The position numbers and the translations under genes were made by a program. The notes beneath the pieces are model-generated. The model made no database searches. It was not told the origin of the DNA and saw only the letters and a program-made list of their open reading frames with translations. 64,000 nucleotides of DNA, from NCBI RefSeq assembly GCF_023055435.1, contig NW_025963791.1, positions 7,564,001 to 7,628,000 of the forward strand. The letters are read 5' to 3'. Each line of letters opens with the position of its first letter. Position 1 is the first letter of the stretch. Positions 50,009 through 63,375 of this stretch are shown piece after piece. Source of the DNA: Haliotis rufescens. Its lineage: Eukaryota.

Positions 50009-53000
50009 TATGTTAAAGAATGAGATCGCTTTGTGCAAGTGGGCCCAGGTCGCAAGGAGCTTTGCTGTAGCCGTATAACAGTCACCAGGCTCATGGCCCG
50101 TTTGGTCATCCATATTTTGTTATGTGTTTCTAATCTCCAACCTTAACCAACAAGAGAGCGGGCGGACCAACTTTTTTAAAAGTAAACAATTAAAAAAAAT
50201 GGTTTCAAATAATTGCGTAACATATTTTATGAATTTTTAAAGTTTAGAACACTTGGTAACAGCTCTTACTTTAATTTACTTTGAAACGTTTTAATGTAGC
50301 AGCGTAATGGATTGGGCCAAGTTAAGACAGACCTTGTGATTTATGAAGGCAAATATATATTTCTGGACATCGTTACATTGACCAAGTTCTCCGCCCTGTT
50401 GTACTACCGTTCTCATGAGAAAAATCCGGATCCTGTTTCAGGACGATAACACAAGGCCACATACAACGTCTTGCCTTCATCAGATAAGCAGACTTATCAC
50501 CCATAGAACACTCGTAGACCACCTTGACCGTCAAATTAGAGCACAAGTTAGCCCTTATAGCAAGTGAAGACTGGCGTCGAATCCCCACATCTTCTTCCTA
50601 TCCCGTCGTCGACTTGGCAGGCCGTGTGCATTGATGCCCGATGTGGACACACGCGATATTGCCTGAAACCTGTGACATTCTGAAGTGTCATGTCTTGACT
50701 TCAGTCTTGATGGTTGATCGTCTACTGAACAATGAACCCCAACCTCAAAACCGTCGATACAATACCTACGATACAATGTTCTCATCCTCGGCATTACTTG
50801 TAATGACGTTAATTCATGTCTTTTGAGTAAACAAGTATCTTCCATGACATTCGTCCTGTTCTCATTTTAGGAACACTGTTAGTCGTTAACGCTTCTTTTT
50901 CTCATCAGTTTAGGCTGTTGCAGTACATATAATGTTTATGTTGTATTTTCTTTTCCAAGTAAGGATAAATGATGCTTAATGGGCGTTTCATATCACAGTC
51001 AACAACTATTTCACTCACATCACAGCGGCACAATTGAGTCAATAACCTTGTCCAATCATATGACAGAGTGGCTTGTTTGGTGTGGCTTCTTGAAATGGAA
51101 GAATTGAAATGATTATTAATAAATTAATAATGTGTTACAGGCATGGTTTCGCTCCTGCTCACGTCTCTACGTCAAAAACATGACTTTGGTCACGAAATAC
51201 TCGTTAATTATACGTTAATTATATGTTTCTCATCTAAAGATTTTCACCGAGAAAATAAATGTTTAGCCGCGACGTTACGAAGTTTTAGCCATGGTCAAAG
51301 GGAGACAATTCAATCTATTTTAATTCCATTGGGTAACGCTATGGTCATTGTAGCACAATGAATATCATTGTTACTGCAGTGCCGATTTACCCAATTTGGC
51401 ATAAGCCCATATCACATTAAATCAAAAACGACGGTACAATATATTTTTTTATGATGGCAAGTGCAGACGACATGACGTATGCTTTAGGATTTACCGATCT
51501 AAAGCCTGGACCTGTTTGTTTGCCACTCAGCAATATTCCATCTATATGACGGCCGTCTGTAAATAATCGAGTCTGGACCAGACAATCCAGTAATTGACAT
51601 GAGCATCGATCTACGCAACTGGGATATGATGACATGCATCAACCAAGTCAGCAAGCCTGTCAGTGACCACCCGATCCCGTACGTCCTCTCTTACAAGCAT
51701 AGTCAGTCGCCTCTTGAGACAGGCATTGATTGCGGAAAGGCAATTCTAACCCGGATCTTCACCCGTCTAAATCCTTGCGGTTAGTAGCAGTTAACAGCAG
51801 TAAGGTCGTCTTTACTTATTTTTGTGTTTCTCATCTCCAAGGTTTTCCTAGAGGGGCGAGCGGGCGGGAAGAAAAGGTTCATTATTGCAGAATACTTATT
51901 TGAGGCTTTGACGAACTATACCAAATATTTAGACATATGTCTGGTCGGCTATTATGTTTTAGGAATATTTTTTTTATTCATTAAATAAGAATGACCTTAT
52001 CTTGTTAGGTTTAAATTTTACGACAAAGAAATATTATTTCCTTAGTGAAGAAAGATATATTTTAAAAGCATTCGCAAATTCCAGAACTATTTTATTTTAT
52101 AAGCATAGAATTAAACTGAGTTTTATGCAAATATGCATTAGAATGTATTGAACGTTCTGGAGATAAGACAGTAAATCGAAGCATGCACTGGTGTATATTT
52201 GTAATAGTGGTATTTGCCCGATACGGTTGGCTACCCTATCAGTTTCATCTATATTTATATGAAGTATGAAATGACAAACTATACGTACGTATAGATGGAA
52301 TCATTGTTAATGTTACCAAATTGGATCATTGCAAGTGAACCAGCTTGGGATGTGTTTGTGTTGGTTTGAACCGACCTTTTCTGGTACAAAGTCACTTTTA
52401 CTCGGAGTTTTTCAAAAGTGGTAGTAACTTACGTCCACTTAAACGACAAAGGCTGCACAACCCCGAACTTTATAAATAACATAGATGACCGTCTATGTGA
52501 TTGCAATTGTAGCAGGTTTTCGTGACAATTACTTTATCAAATATCAGGAGGTAGGGGGAGACGAGAAACACAAAAATAAGTAAGGACGCTTACGACACGT
52601 ATCAGGTACAGAGGTCTTAATCTAACCAGGAATACTGCAATGTAATTGATGAATTTCAAGCAAGAATGAAACAAACACTTCAGAACAGAACAAACACACA
52701 CTTTATAAAGCCTATAACAAAACATTGATAGAAGTAACAAAAAAATATATTTTATTGCAATGTACTTTGTATCACATGCCCAAAATTGTTTATTTAAATT
52801 TATGGATACTTAAGACTGATTTGTCAAATTGTAATAAAACAGGATCGTTGTTCTAAAAAGTTCTAAACTATTTCTATAATTCATATCAATATTAACAGTT
52901 CATCTAGCACAAGAATAATTTCTTGATCCATCTGAAGACACACGAGCAGCAGGCTGCAACAAATGATTGTGTCTGCACAGACACCATAGAGGGCTGAGGG

Positions 53001-53301
53001 CGTTCTGTGTCATCAAGGTCACTCAGATCAATCTCCACAAAGTCAGCTGTGATGACAATGGGAACATAGGCTGGCTGAGGGGATGGGTCAGAGAGGGGGA
53101 TCTCGGTTATGGGCAGGGATGTCAGGGGGGTGGACCAAAACTCAGATTCAACCCTAGGGTGCTTGAAAGTAAAGAGACAGGCAACTTAACGATTAACTCT
53201 CCGCAAAAGCAAAATTGATGAATAGTACACAAACTGAGGTTCCAACGATCCGAAAAAGGAGAAAAACAAAAGACACTTTATGGCAGGTATCCACTGTTAG
53301 A

Positions 53302-53342
<41 letters not shown>
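53302..53342. repeat. (ATT)n microsatellite
   Basis: About 13 ATT units. Confidence 0.95.
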
Positions 53343-53984
53343 GATGTGTGCAATTACAGAAACAGTAGATTTAACAAAAGAAGTTAATATTAGTAGCTAC
53401 AGAAAGGGTGTTAGAAAGTGCAAGTTTAATGTCGTAGGTCTTTGAATGCCTGTAACTCGAACAAGAATACCAAATACAATTGATGCGAAACAGCCTACGG
53501 TTGGTTATAAGAGTAAATTATTGTGGCCCCCTGATATCTACAATATTGGCAATATTGCTGCTACAAGACGTGCTCATAGAAATAATGTCGGTACAAAATG
53601 GCTACCGTGGGTTCCTAGACAGGCCTAATGATAAACAAGAGTTTGCCACTAACGTGGCTATATCCCCCGTCACTGTTGCAGAATTTATGACATAATTAGA
53701 TCTAAACAAACCCTAACTTTTTTTAACCGAGGTGGAACTTGTCATAGAAATTGTAAAAAAAAGAAGAGTTTGGAACCTAAGTCCATCTTGTTCAACAACA
53801 CAAAATCAACAAAATGAAATACAGTTTTGGAAATGATAAGGAAATGTGGGTATCTTTGTGGGTAGCATCGGTAATGGTGACGAAGTTTTGATAAGTCACT
53901 TGCTTGGTAATTGTACGATTTTCGTTTACACTATGGAAACGTAAAAAATAAAAATTTCTAGAATTTCTAAATAGCAAAAGGCAC

Positions 53985-54128
53985 CAGTTCAGCATGTACT
54001 TGACAAACCTGCAAAGTTTCATTAAAAAATATTGAACGGTTTCTGAGTTATGCTCCGGAAACGAAACGTGACGGACGGACGGAGCCCGTTTCTATTTCCC
54101 CGCCAACTTTGCTGGGCGGGGGATAATA
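53985..54128 (+). mobile_element. 3' end of a Helentron-associated (HINE/DINE-1-like) element
   Basis: AAAGTTTCAT..GAGTTATGCTCCGGAAACG, a (GACG)n microsatellite and a terminal hairpin CCCCGCC..GGCGGGG. Confidence 0.6.
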
Positions 54129-55978
54129 AGATTTGCTAAGTATAATAAGCAAATCGCCTGTGAAAAAAACAGAGCAAGCGTGCCCCCGTGGTGACCTACT
54201 GGATTTGGGAAGGAATGGTCCATTTGGGAAACAGCCAGGCTGGGTGGAGGAGTCTTTGGCTTGACTAGTTCATCGTGAGCTGAGGCAAAAACGCAACATT
54301 GTAGCTCAGTGCATTCATGCTAAACGTGTTTTCTATTACTCACCTGTCATATGATTTATTGTTTTAATCACACCTTACAATCCATCACACGCAACGTGAG
54401 CAATACATTGAGTAATGGCAACTGGAAATATGAAATATGCATTTTTTAAAGTTTGTGAATGAAAAACGGGATAGCCTTTATCCAGACTAAGGTGAGAAAT
54501 GAATTAAATAGAAAACAAAGATTAACCTAGAATGTTGTATACGTATCACAGCTCTGGTAGAAGAAATTCTAAACAAAACGTTTACATAAAAAGACTCATA
54601 ACAAAACCGTGGGTTTACATCCAAGCAGATTATGAATAAATAGCAAAATCAAAGAATCTAAAAGCCAAATTCAATACCTTGGTAATACACGCTTGCTACA
54701 TTCGCAAACATGATTCACCAAAACGGGATAAACTGTCAGAAAGCAAAATGCAGCGGAGAGTAAGATTATTGAAGTAGTGAAGTCAACAACAAAATGGCGT
54801 CGTTTGAACTGACAATGTCACCATGGAGACTTGATCTCGCGAGAGTAAAGGAAATCGCGTTTTTGGTGGTTCTCGGATGTCTTGGCGCTTCGAAACACTT
54901 GCGCAAAACCGTCGCCAAGTCGCTTGTCTTCGACTTTCCATTTCTGTTTCGGTCGACCTTTATAATTGAGGACCACAAAGTTTACCATCAGGTCACAATA
55001 CAATACAGTTTTGGACATTTTGTTGGAAGACATACGGCGAAACTGAGCTGCCAGCTCCTCTCTGTGATCTATCATCTCTACATGCAATGTCATTGAATAA
55101 GGCAAAAGATGTTGCGAGATTTCAATATTTGTTTAGTAGAGACCGCCTGAGGCGGCGCACTTTATAGCAACCGCTTGTTTACGAAAGTATTTTCATTTTC
55201 AATAAATTAAACAAACATAATATTATTTTTTTCGATTCAATAATTTTAATTATTATACACAGGCATGCAGTCCAATATGTAGCCTATTTGTTTATTGACG
55301 CTGCAGACATCAGAACACTATCTAACGTGGGACATCTTTGTATTTAATCAATTAGGTTTGTAGACTCCGGTTTGTCAATTACGGGTATTGCTTTTACATT
55401 TTTAGTTGCAGTTATTCTCCACACAACAACGTCGAGATAGTGAGCACTTTCACATACATTTTTCAGTGATGAGAAATAAAAGACATATTTGGAAGGATGT
55501 ACAAGTTTCCATATTTCAGTCACTCGGTGTCGTGTATGTAGGTATGCTGGACTTTCCAAACTTGTGGGAAAACATTCATCTGACACGCCTATATAACTGA
55601 AAGATTGTTAAGTGCTGCCTAACCTAAACCTAACTCACGCACTAACTGTACATGTCATACAGATGGTTATTTTCAACCCTTTATGATTTGTTTAATCATA
55701 ATGGACTTAATGAGCCCATTGTAAGATTTCGAGCATGTCACAAACAAACAATCACGTCGAATATATTGATTATACCAGGTGTAGGATGTACAGCTTTCCA
55801 TATTTCAGTCACTCAGTGTCGTGCACGGAAGTAAGAAGTTAGAAGCTAGACTTTGGGAATAAACATTCACCTGGCACTGACGTGCCGCCTTTCAACTGAG
55901 ATATTGTTAAAGGCAATGTTAACCCAACTAGCTCGCTTGCTCACTCTACCTGTAGACAAAGAAGGTTCTTTTCAACCT

Positions 55979-56257
55979 GGGGGGCACGGGTGGCCCAGTC
56001 GTCTAAGGCGCCGCGATTCGCTGTGCAGAGTTGCGTCCCATGGACACGCCAGAAAACTATGATTGTGGGGTTCGAATCCCGGTTTTTCCCGATTATGTTT
56101 CTAGGTTTGTCAGCACCATACCCGTGCTCGTGGGTTTCACCGAAGTGGTAAACGTCTGAGACCTGCATCACTTCGGGCTTTCCTCCCATATTAAGCTGAT
56201 ACGCCGCGATATAACTGGAATACTGTTAAAAGCAGCGTTAAACACAACTCACTCACA
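55979..56257 (+). mobile_element. tRNA-derived SINE, family C (other copies near 14340, 59153 and 61197-61464)
   Basis: GTGGCCCAGTCGTCTAAGGCG A box, GGTTCGAATCC B box after a long spacer, and an ACTC tail. Confidence 0.85.
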
Positions 56258-56783
56258 CTTTTCAACCCGTAATCATTTCTTTGTAACATTTTTGTGGTGT
56301 TGACCAAACGTCTTCCATGTTGTACAAACACATGTTTACAGATAAATAAACAATTGTGAAATGCTAAAATGACCGATGACAATATCACAAAGCTCACAAT
56401 TCAAATCCCTTCCAGGATTAAAGCCAATTCCTTTTACGGCTTTCGGATAAATATTCTTAATAATGATTTGATATTAGCCAATGATATGATTGTTGAGAAG
56501 GAGGCATCGACATAATACAAAAGAACAAAGAGCGTCTATAACGATCTAAATTTCGGCTGATATGTAGCAATCGGAACACACTCAAAACGAAGTCTTCCGA
56601 AGGTAGGGACGACAGTGAAATCTACAAGCTGCCAACAGAGAGCGCTGACATAATCAGTCATTTTTGTCCAGACTTGTCTGAAATAGCCGAATCTAAACTG
56701 GTTCCACAGTTGGTACGCGACGCAAGCTTAGGACGATTTAGTGTAGGTAGACATATAAGAAATCTAGACAAGACGGGTCGCTA

Positions 56784-56812
56784 TGACGTCATTAGGCAAT
56801 ATTGTGACGTCA
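56784..56812 (+). promoter_or_regulatory. Paired full CRE palindromes upstream of orphan gene copy 5
   Basis: TGACGTCA at 56784 and 56805, about 90-110 bp before the ATG. Both are intact in copies 3 and 4; one is TGACATCA in copies 1 and 2. Confidence 0.55.
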
Positions 56813-56891
56813 CGCCATTGTCTGACATTGTCTCAGCTAGCTACAGCAGCACTGCAGTACACTCTTCATTTATCGAGATTATCGAAGCATT

Positions 56892-58054
56892 ATGCCAGTC
56901 ACCAGACGTCTGACCGTGTCCGAGTGTGAAGGGTTTGATTCCGAGGTAGCGGAGTGTTTTTCACGTACAGAACTGATAGGTATGTGCCGTTATATATAAT
57001 GCCAGAATTTAACTTCAAAGAGGGTTTAAGAATCAACCACTGTATATCCACCACTTCCTTATATTAATTTTATATGAGATATTTGATTTACACTTGCCAA
57101 AAGGGTGGTGATTCTATACTAAATCCGGTTATTGCTATTTCAGAGTTTCATGATTCGGTTCCCAAACACGTCACAGTAAAACCAAGACCAGTGGCAAGGC
57201 GTCTGACCGTGTCCGAGTGTGAGGGCTTTGATTCCGAGGTAGCGGAGTGTTTTTCACGTACAGAACCGACAGGTATGTGTGCCGTTCGTACGTTTAACTT
57301 TCGTATCCCTGCAACTTCATTTGAAACAATAGTTTCTGTATCAACTTATTTTTCTTTCACTTATTTAATACAGTAAATGCATATGTGCTGATGTTAGACC
57401 TACCATTGAGTTAATTATAGACTAAATACCATAATTGTGCTTTCAGAGTTCCATGATTTGGTTCCCAGACACGTCACAATAAAACCAAGACCTATTCGTC
57501 CCGAGCCACCATTCCAATGGGACTGTAGTAAAAACGAAAAACAAGCCAAGGAGCACGAGCTCCACGTTCAGCTGACGGCGGTCCTGGTTGAGGTGGACAT
57601 TCTCCGGGCTGACCTACGAGATGCACGACTCCGTTCCCAATGTCTGAAACTGAAGAACCAACATCTTCAGAGACAAGCCAGACAACTCTCGGAGGAGAAA
57701 GTCTCCCTCGGGGAGCAGGTGGATCGCTTGGTGAAGGAGGTGGACATGTTGAGAGGTGAAAGACTGCGTGTACATTCAGGAGAGGGAGAGGGTGTTGGAC
57801 TTGTTCAGAGGTCAGGGGCTACACAGACCACGTGTTTTGACCACATTATCCAATCAAAGAATGGAATGCCTCGTGAACAAGACAATAGGTCAACAAGACA
57901 TCATGAACTCTCTCAAAGTAGTCTGTCATCAAAGAAACGTATGTCATCAAGCACAACCAATTTAATAGAAAACTGTAATCAGAAACAAAATGTACAAAAG
58001 TCAAAATCTTTTTTTGGTCGTTTTACAAAACTGTTCAGAAGAAACAAATGTTAA
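56892..58054 (+). CDS. Orphan repeat/coiled-coil protein, inverted copy 5. Exons 56892-56979, 57144-57272, 57447-58054 (274 aa)
   Basis: First ATG after an in-frame TAG (56838). Donors AG|GTATGT and acceptors TTTCAG|AG. Exons are conserved with copies 1-4 while introns diverge. Confidence 0.8.
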
Positions 58055-58474
58055 TGTAATTCAATCCTTCCTTTTATAAACCAAATATCAATTATATGTT
58101 CAACCCCAAAGCAATGTCTTCGTTATTTGTTCACACTTTTTGTTTGAGAGACCGATTTATACAAGCGATATACATAACTACCATATTAACATAATGACAA
58201 CGGTTCACCGTCCATTCTTGGGTGAGTAAGAAGGGTTTGACGCCACATTTAGCAGTATTGTGTGTAGGGACACACTGGGGCTTAACGTGTATTATATGCA
58301 CGGATAATCAAACCCGAGACTTTAGCGTGAAGAGCGTAACCACTATGTTACTCTATTAATTACTCTTATCCACTCAGGACATAAATGTGTCAGATTACGT
58401 TTGATTAGTCTCTCATTCATTATGGAAAGAAAAACTAACATCCCAGTAACCCTCAACCACGTGGGTATGTTTTG

Positions 58475-58872
58475 TCGTTTGTTTGTTGCTTAACACCGCA
58501 CTCAGAGATATTCCAGCTATATGACGGCGATCTGTACGTAATCAAGTCTGGACCAGATAATCCAGTGATTGACAACATGAGCATCGATCCACGCAATTGG
58601 GTTGGTTGGTTGGTTGGTTTGTTGTTTAACGCCGCACTCAGCAATATTCCAGCTATATGACGGCGGTCTGTAAATAATCGAGTCTGGACCAGACAATCCA
58701 GTGATTAATATCATGAGCATCGATCCACGCAATTGGGATCGATGACATGCATCAACCAAGTCAGCGAACCTGACCACCCGATCCCGCTAGTCGCCTCTTA
58801 CGACAAGCATAGTCGCCTTTTACAGCAAGCATGGGTTGCTGAAGACCTATTCTACCCCAGATCTTCACGGGT
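58475..58872 (-). mobile_element. SINE family B, full length (58618-58872), plus a tandem 3' fragment
   Basis: GACCCGTGAAGATC head, doubled TGCTTGTCGTAAGAGGCGACTA hairpin and (AACC)n tail. Confidence 0.9.
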
Positions 58873-61800
58873 CACGTTGGTATGTAAGTGATTGTCTAAA
58901 TCGTGGTTTCTCTATTGTCAATAAAGGTAAAAACAAAAACAACATTTATGATAAGTCGAGATATATCGTCAAGTACGTAGCCTTCGTGCATCCGAGAATC
59001 CATTGCTGCATTGGGCATCTATATAACGTATCCGCTGCATCATGTAGAACTTCAGGCCTGGACACAGAAGGAGATAACTGCTATAGACAAAGATGGTCCT
59101 CAGTTAGTGTCGTGTTATGCTCAACGCACTCACGTGTTATTCTAGTCTGAATGGGGGCGCGGGGGGCGTAGTTGTCTAAGGTGCCTCACTTGGTTGTGTA
59201 GAGTTGCACCATTAGGTGTGCAAGAAACCTATGATCGTGGGTTCGAATCCCACATTCGTCCTATTTATGTTTCTATATTTTTATGTTTCTACATGTGCTT
59301 GTGCATGGGTTTCATCTAAGTGGTTAACGTCTAAAACATGCATCACTTTGGGCTTTCCTCCCACATTAAGTTGACATGCCGTGATACATCTTCCCGAGGC
59401 AAGTGAGTTAACTGACTATAAAAGTCAGTGATTGACATCATGAGCATCGATTCACGCAATTGGGATCGATTATATGTATCAATCAAGTCAGCGAGCCTCA
59501 CCACCCGATCCCGTTAGTCGCCTTTTACGGCAAGTATGGGTTGCTGAAGACCTATTCTCCAACTTAGTAGCTATTTATTCTCAGCAGGTATTTCAAGTTT
59601 AGTTATCGGATGTCCGTCTATGCGTGGTTCAGACTTCACAGCTTTTTGCACCGGCAAACAATTAAGTGCTGTCGTATATATGGATGAATAGCATGTCTGA
59701 CTCTGATGGCGTTTATCCCGTATCAGAACATACAGGATACTTTGAGTGATCATCATACCTAACAAATAAATCGCAAACTACCTGCATGTGTCGACCTCCA
59801 TATGGATTTGATATTAATGTCTATATTGGTTCCATGCTTTAATCGGTCATAATGTATGTGGCACTGTTAACACCATCGGTTCCAGATGACATTTCCGGGT
59901 ATGAAATACTCAAGAACAGCCGCAAATATGAGAATTAATGATCATAGTTAAAATCATAGTACATGTGACAGAATCGATGAGCCTATGGTAACACCCGTCT
60001 TCTGCTAAAAATTGTGTTCGTATTGATTTCAACAGCATACGTGTGTACAAACTTCGAATGTAATTTATCTTCCTTGCAAATCTCTCCTTATGTACAGCAG
60101 TATAAAGTATCAATGTGCTCTGTTGACGAGTTCTATAGTTGATGCATCTGTTGCATTTACATATCCACGAACTATTTGAGGACGCGCAACCACGCTGTGT
60201 AACCATCCAAATGAAATGGTTGAAGTGATTCTTCTTTGTGGTATATCGATGACTTCAATTTGAGTGAGTATCTCTTAACCTGTTTTAGGCATATTTCAGC
60301 CTTATCATGGTGGAGGGGTGTGCGATAGGGGGATGGGGTGGGGGTGTATGTGTGTGAGAGTGTGTGTGTTATGGGGGGGGGGGGGGGGGGGGGGGGGTGT
60401 TGAGTGGTATGCGGGCACAGAGAATAGGCTTCACGAATTACACCCTCGTAGGAAAGTTGTCGTTATGACAGTGATGCTTCTCATACTTCCTGAAGTTCGT
60501 GTACAGTTCAAGTGATCTCTCTCGTGTTATTCTGCAGCTTTACCATATTCTCTCTATTATTCAGTGATTCTCCGTTAATCCAGACTGAATCGTGCGAAGT
60601 GAAATCTTCCGAATTAACAAATAACCGGTTTAACTAATGACGGATCCACACGTACTGGTATCGCTTCAAATAAATATCCATGGACTTTCCCAACAGCAGT
60701 TAGCATAATTTCGGATTAACGGGGTTCCACTTTAACACATAACTCTATATCTGCAGCCGTGGGTAAGCCTAATGTTAAAGCGTTTTCTTGTTATTCCGTA
60801 GACCGGGGTCCTATTCCTCACATGGGTACATTGTATAAAGACCAATTTAGTGTTCCCCATGCGGTTGTGATATGGCAAATTGCTAAATGTGACATGAAGT
60901 TCTAATTATTCGTAGCCTTATTTACTTCTGAGTAACCTATCTAAAAAGGTTACTATCTTTCACCGACCTCAGATCACGCAGACATGCATGTGGTAGACAT
61001 GGGGGAAGTCATCAAGAGAATATACCAGTCCTGTTGAAATAAATTCGTGATTCAGTGCATCCTCAACTATCCGGGGAATTATATCTCCATGCCATTATGA
61101 TAAATACCATTCCCCACCATTTGCATATAGCTCCGTTTCTGATAAGACGTCATCTTCTCCATCGCTAACTCATGAGAGTTGGACTTCTTTGCCATCGGGT
61201 GTCCCAGTTGTCCAGGGCGCAGCAAGTCGCTGTGCGGAGTTGCGTCCCTTGGGCACGCCAGAAACTTATGTTCGTGGGTTCGAATCATGATTGGCCCGAT
61301 TATGTTTATAGGTTTGTCAGCACCATACCTGTGCTCATGGATTTCACCAAAGTGGAACGTCTCTGAGATATGCATCACTTCGGGCTTTCCTCCCACATTA
61401 AGCTGATACGCCGTGACATAACTGGAAAACTGTTCAAAGCGGCGTTAAACCCAAATCACTCACTTTTAGTACTGGGTTAGTTTATGGAGTGCAAGCTGAC
61501 TATCCACAAAGTACAGATTGGTTCTTCCACTGTAGTCAACTGTATGGGGGTTAGTTGACTCATCACACAGTGAACAACTTCCCATTAGAGTGCAGCACAT
61601 CCAGATTACACAGGGAACTCCTATCTTCATTTCCCGAAAACAGTAAAGTTTAACTCACGCGTGAGAACTATGATAACACGGAGTTTAACCAAAGATAATT
61701 AATTGTGTCTAAATTGTATTTACACTAGAATTATGATTCCTCGTAGTATAGTGTTAAGACAATAGGACCAAGTAACTAATGTTCAACACTAACAAACTGT

Positions 61801-63209
61801 GACCACGGGATCATGTAACTAATAGGCTACACTAACAATTTGACCACTTTCTAAATGGCATTGTGTATTCATAGCTTTCGGCCATGGGAGCCGTGCCAAT
61901 TTACACTTGTCAGAGGGGTACTCAAAGTACGTGATCTAGACTACCAGTTGTCGGACTTTCATTTTTGTGGAAGCCTCGGTGGCTGAGTGGGTTAGATCGC
62001 TGACTTTGCCTCATTAGGTGCCTCACACTGGCAGTGTGGGTTCGAATCCCGCACGGGTCTCAACCCAAAAAGTACGAGAATCTGTACTTTCCTAAGAAAG
62101 TGTTATCCCAAATATAACATTTTCTAAATGGCATTGTGTATTCATATATCAACAAACTCTCGAAACATATGATCAGTCGTAAAAAGTATTTTAAACGGAG
62201 TATATCTTCTTTCACGAGATCCTTGCTGAGTGTATATAACTGCATGAACTTAGTAGGTATTATTATTGTTATCATTTTAAGACATGTTAGTTGTTTAAAA
62301 AAATCAACTGTATTTAATATTCAACCTATATCAGTATGGCAAGATTTGTTTTTTATAAATAAATTAGTGTTACCAAATAAATACTATGTGTTAACTGAGA
62401 TAAATAATAAAGTATTATGTATACTCATTTATGTTGCCCTTATATGATTTATAGTAGACCGACGTTATGAATTGTTGTTGGGCCCCAGGGACCAGGTTAG
62501 AATGGATTGTAGGAGGCGCTTCTGATCACGTGGTCAGGCTCGGTGACTTGGTTGATTGCGTGACATCGTACCACGACGGCGTAAGACGTTGTTCATAATA
62601 TCAACCATTGGTTCGTCTGTCCCGGACTCGATTATTTACGAATAGAGATTAGGAAAGTTGACGACACCTTTGTCATCCTAAAACAAGACAAAAACCCAAC
62701 CCTGCTACTACAACATCTTAACAAACAACACGCCCGAGAACAGTTCACCATCGAAATAGAAAAGAACAACCAACTACCCATCCTAGATGTCCTCGTCTCC
62801 AGAAGCCCAACAAACAGAATCCAAACCAGTGTCTGCCGGTGGCCCACCCACACCAAACAGTATATCCACTTCAACTCCCACTACCCCCCTTAGAACTAAG
62901 ACTGGCATCATCTCCACCCTCACCAAACGACCCATCAACCTTTCTTCTGCTGGCCCCAAACCTGAGATCGAACACCTCCGCCAAGTCTTCGCCCACCTCA
63001 ACAATTACCCACCCAATCTCGTTGACAAAGTCATCTCCTCTGTACTCAATCCCACACCCAGATCTGCGACCCCTAAACCCGAATCAGCGTCCTTCCGCAT
63101 CGCCCTCCCGTTCATAGGAAAAGCCTCCCACATCATCAGTCGCCTCCTCAAACAGCAAGCTATTATTGACACCCACTTCACCAGCTCCCACTCCCTCAAC
63201 ACCCTGCTG

Positions 63210-63375
63210 GAGGCGGTCGGGTAGCCTAGTGGTTAAAGCGTTCACTCGTCACGCCGAAGACCCGGGTTCGATTCCCGACATGGGTACAATGTGCGAAGCC
63301 CATTTCTGGTGTCCCCAGCCGTGATATTGCTGGAAAATTGCTAAAAGCGGCGTAAAACCATACTCACTCACTCAC
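63210..63375 (+). mobile_element. SINE family A inserted in the Penelope ORF
   Basis: Near-consensus copy with a short TSD CTGCT; removing it restores LNTLLRANGR. Confidence 0.9.

Larger units (their letters stand above)
14730..51870. repeat. Tandem segmental duplication, four units of about 6.5 kb starting near 14730, 23325, 29860 and 36385
   Basis: Homologous stop codons at 15665, 24248, 30785 and 37307 give periods of 8583 (includes a 2-kb insertion), 6537 and 6522. Unit 4 is extended by the Polinton and is more diverged. Confidence 0.97.

Noticed and set aside
54290-55260. Possible Crypton-like non-autonomous element and the 95-100 aa ORFs within it
   Set aside because: No recombinase motif and no definable ends.
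60373-60397. Poly-G run as a G-quadruplex element
   Set aside because: A simple homopolymer in low-complexity sequence; its length is unreliable.
2146-63375. tRNA genes
   Set aside because: All A/B-box sequences continue into SINE bodies or lack a complete cloverleaf.
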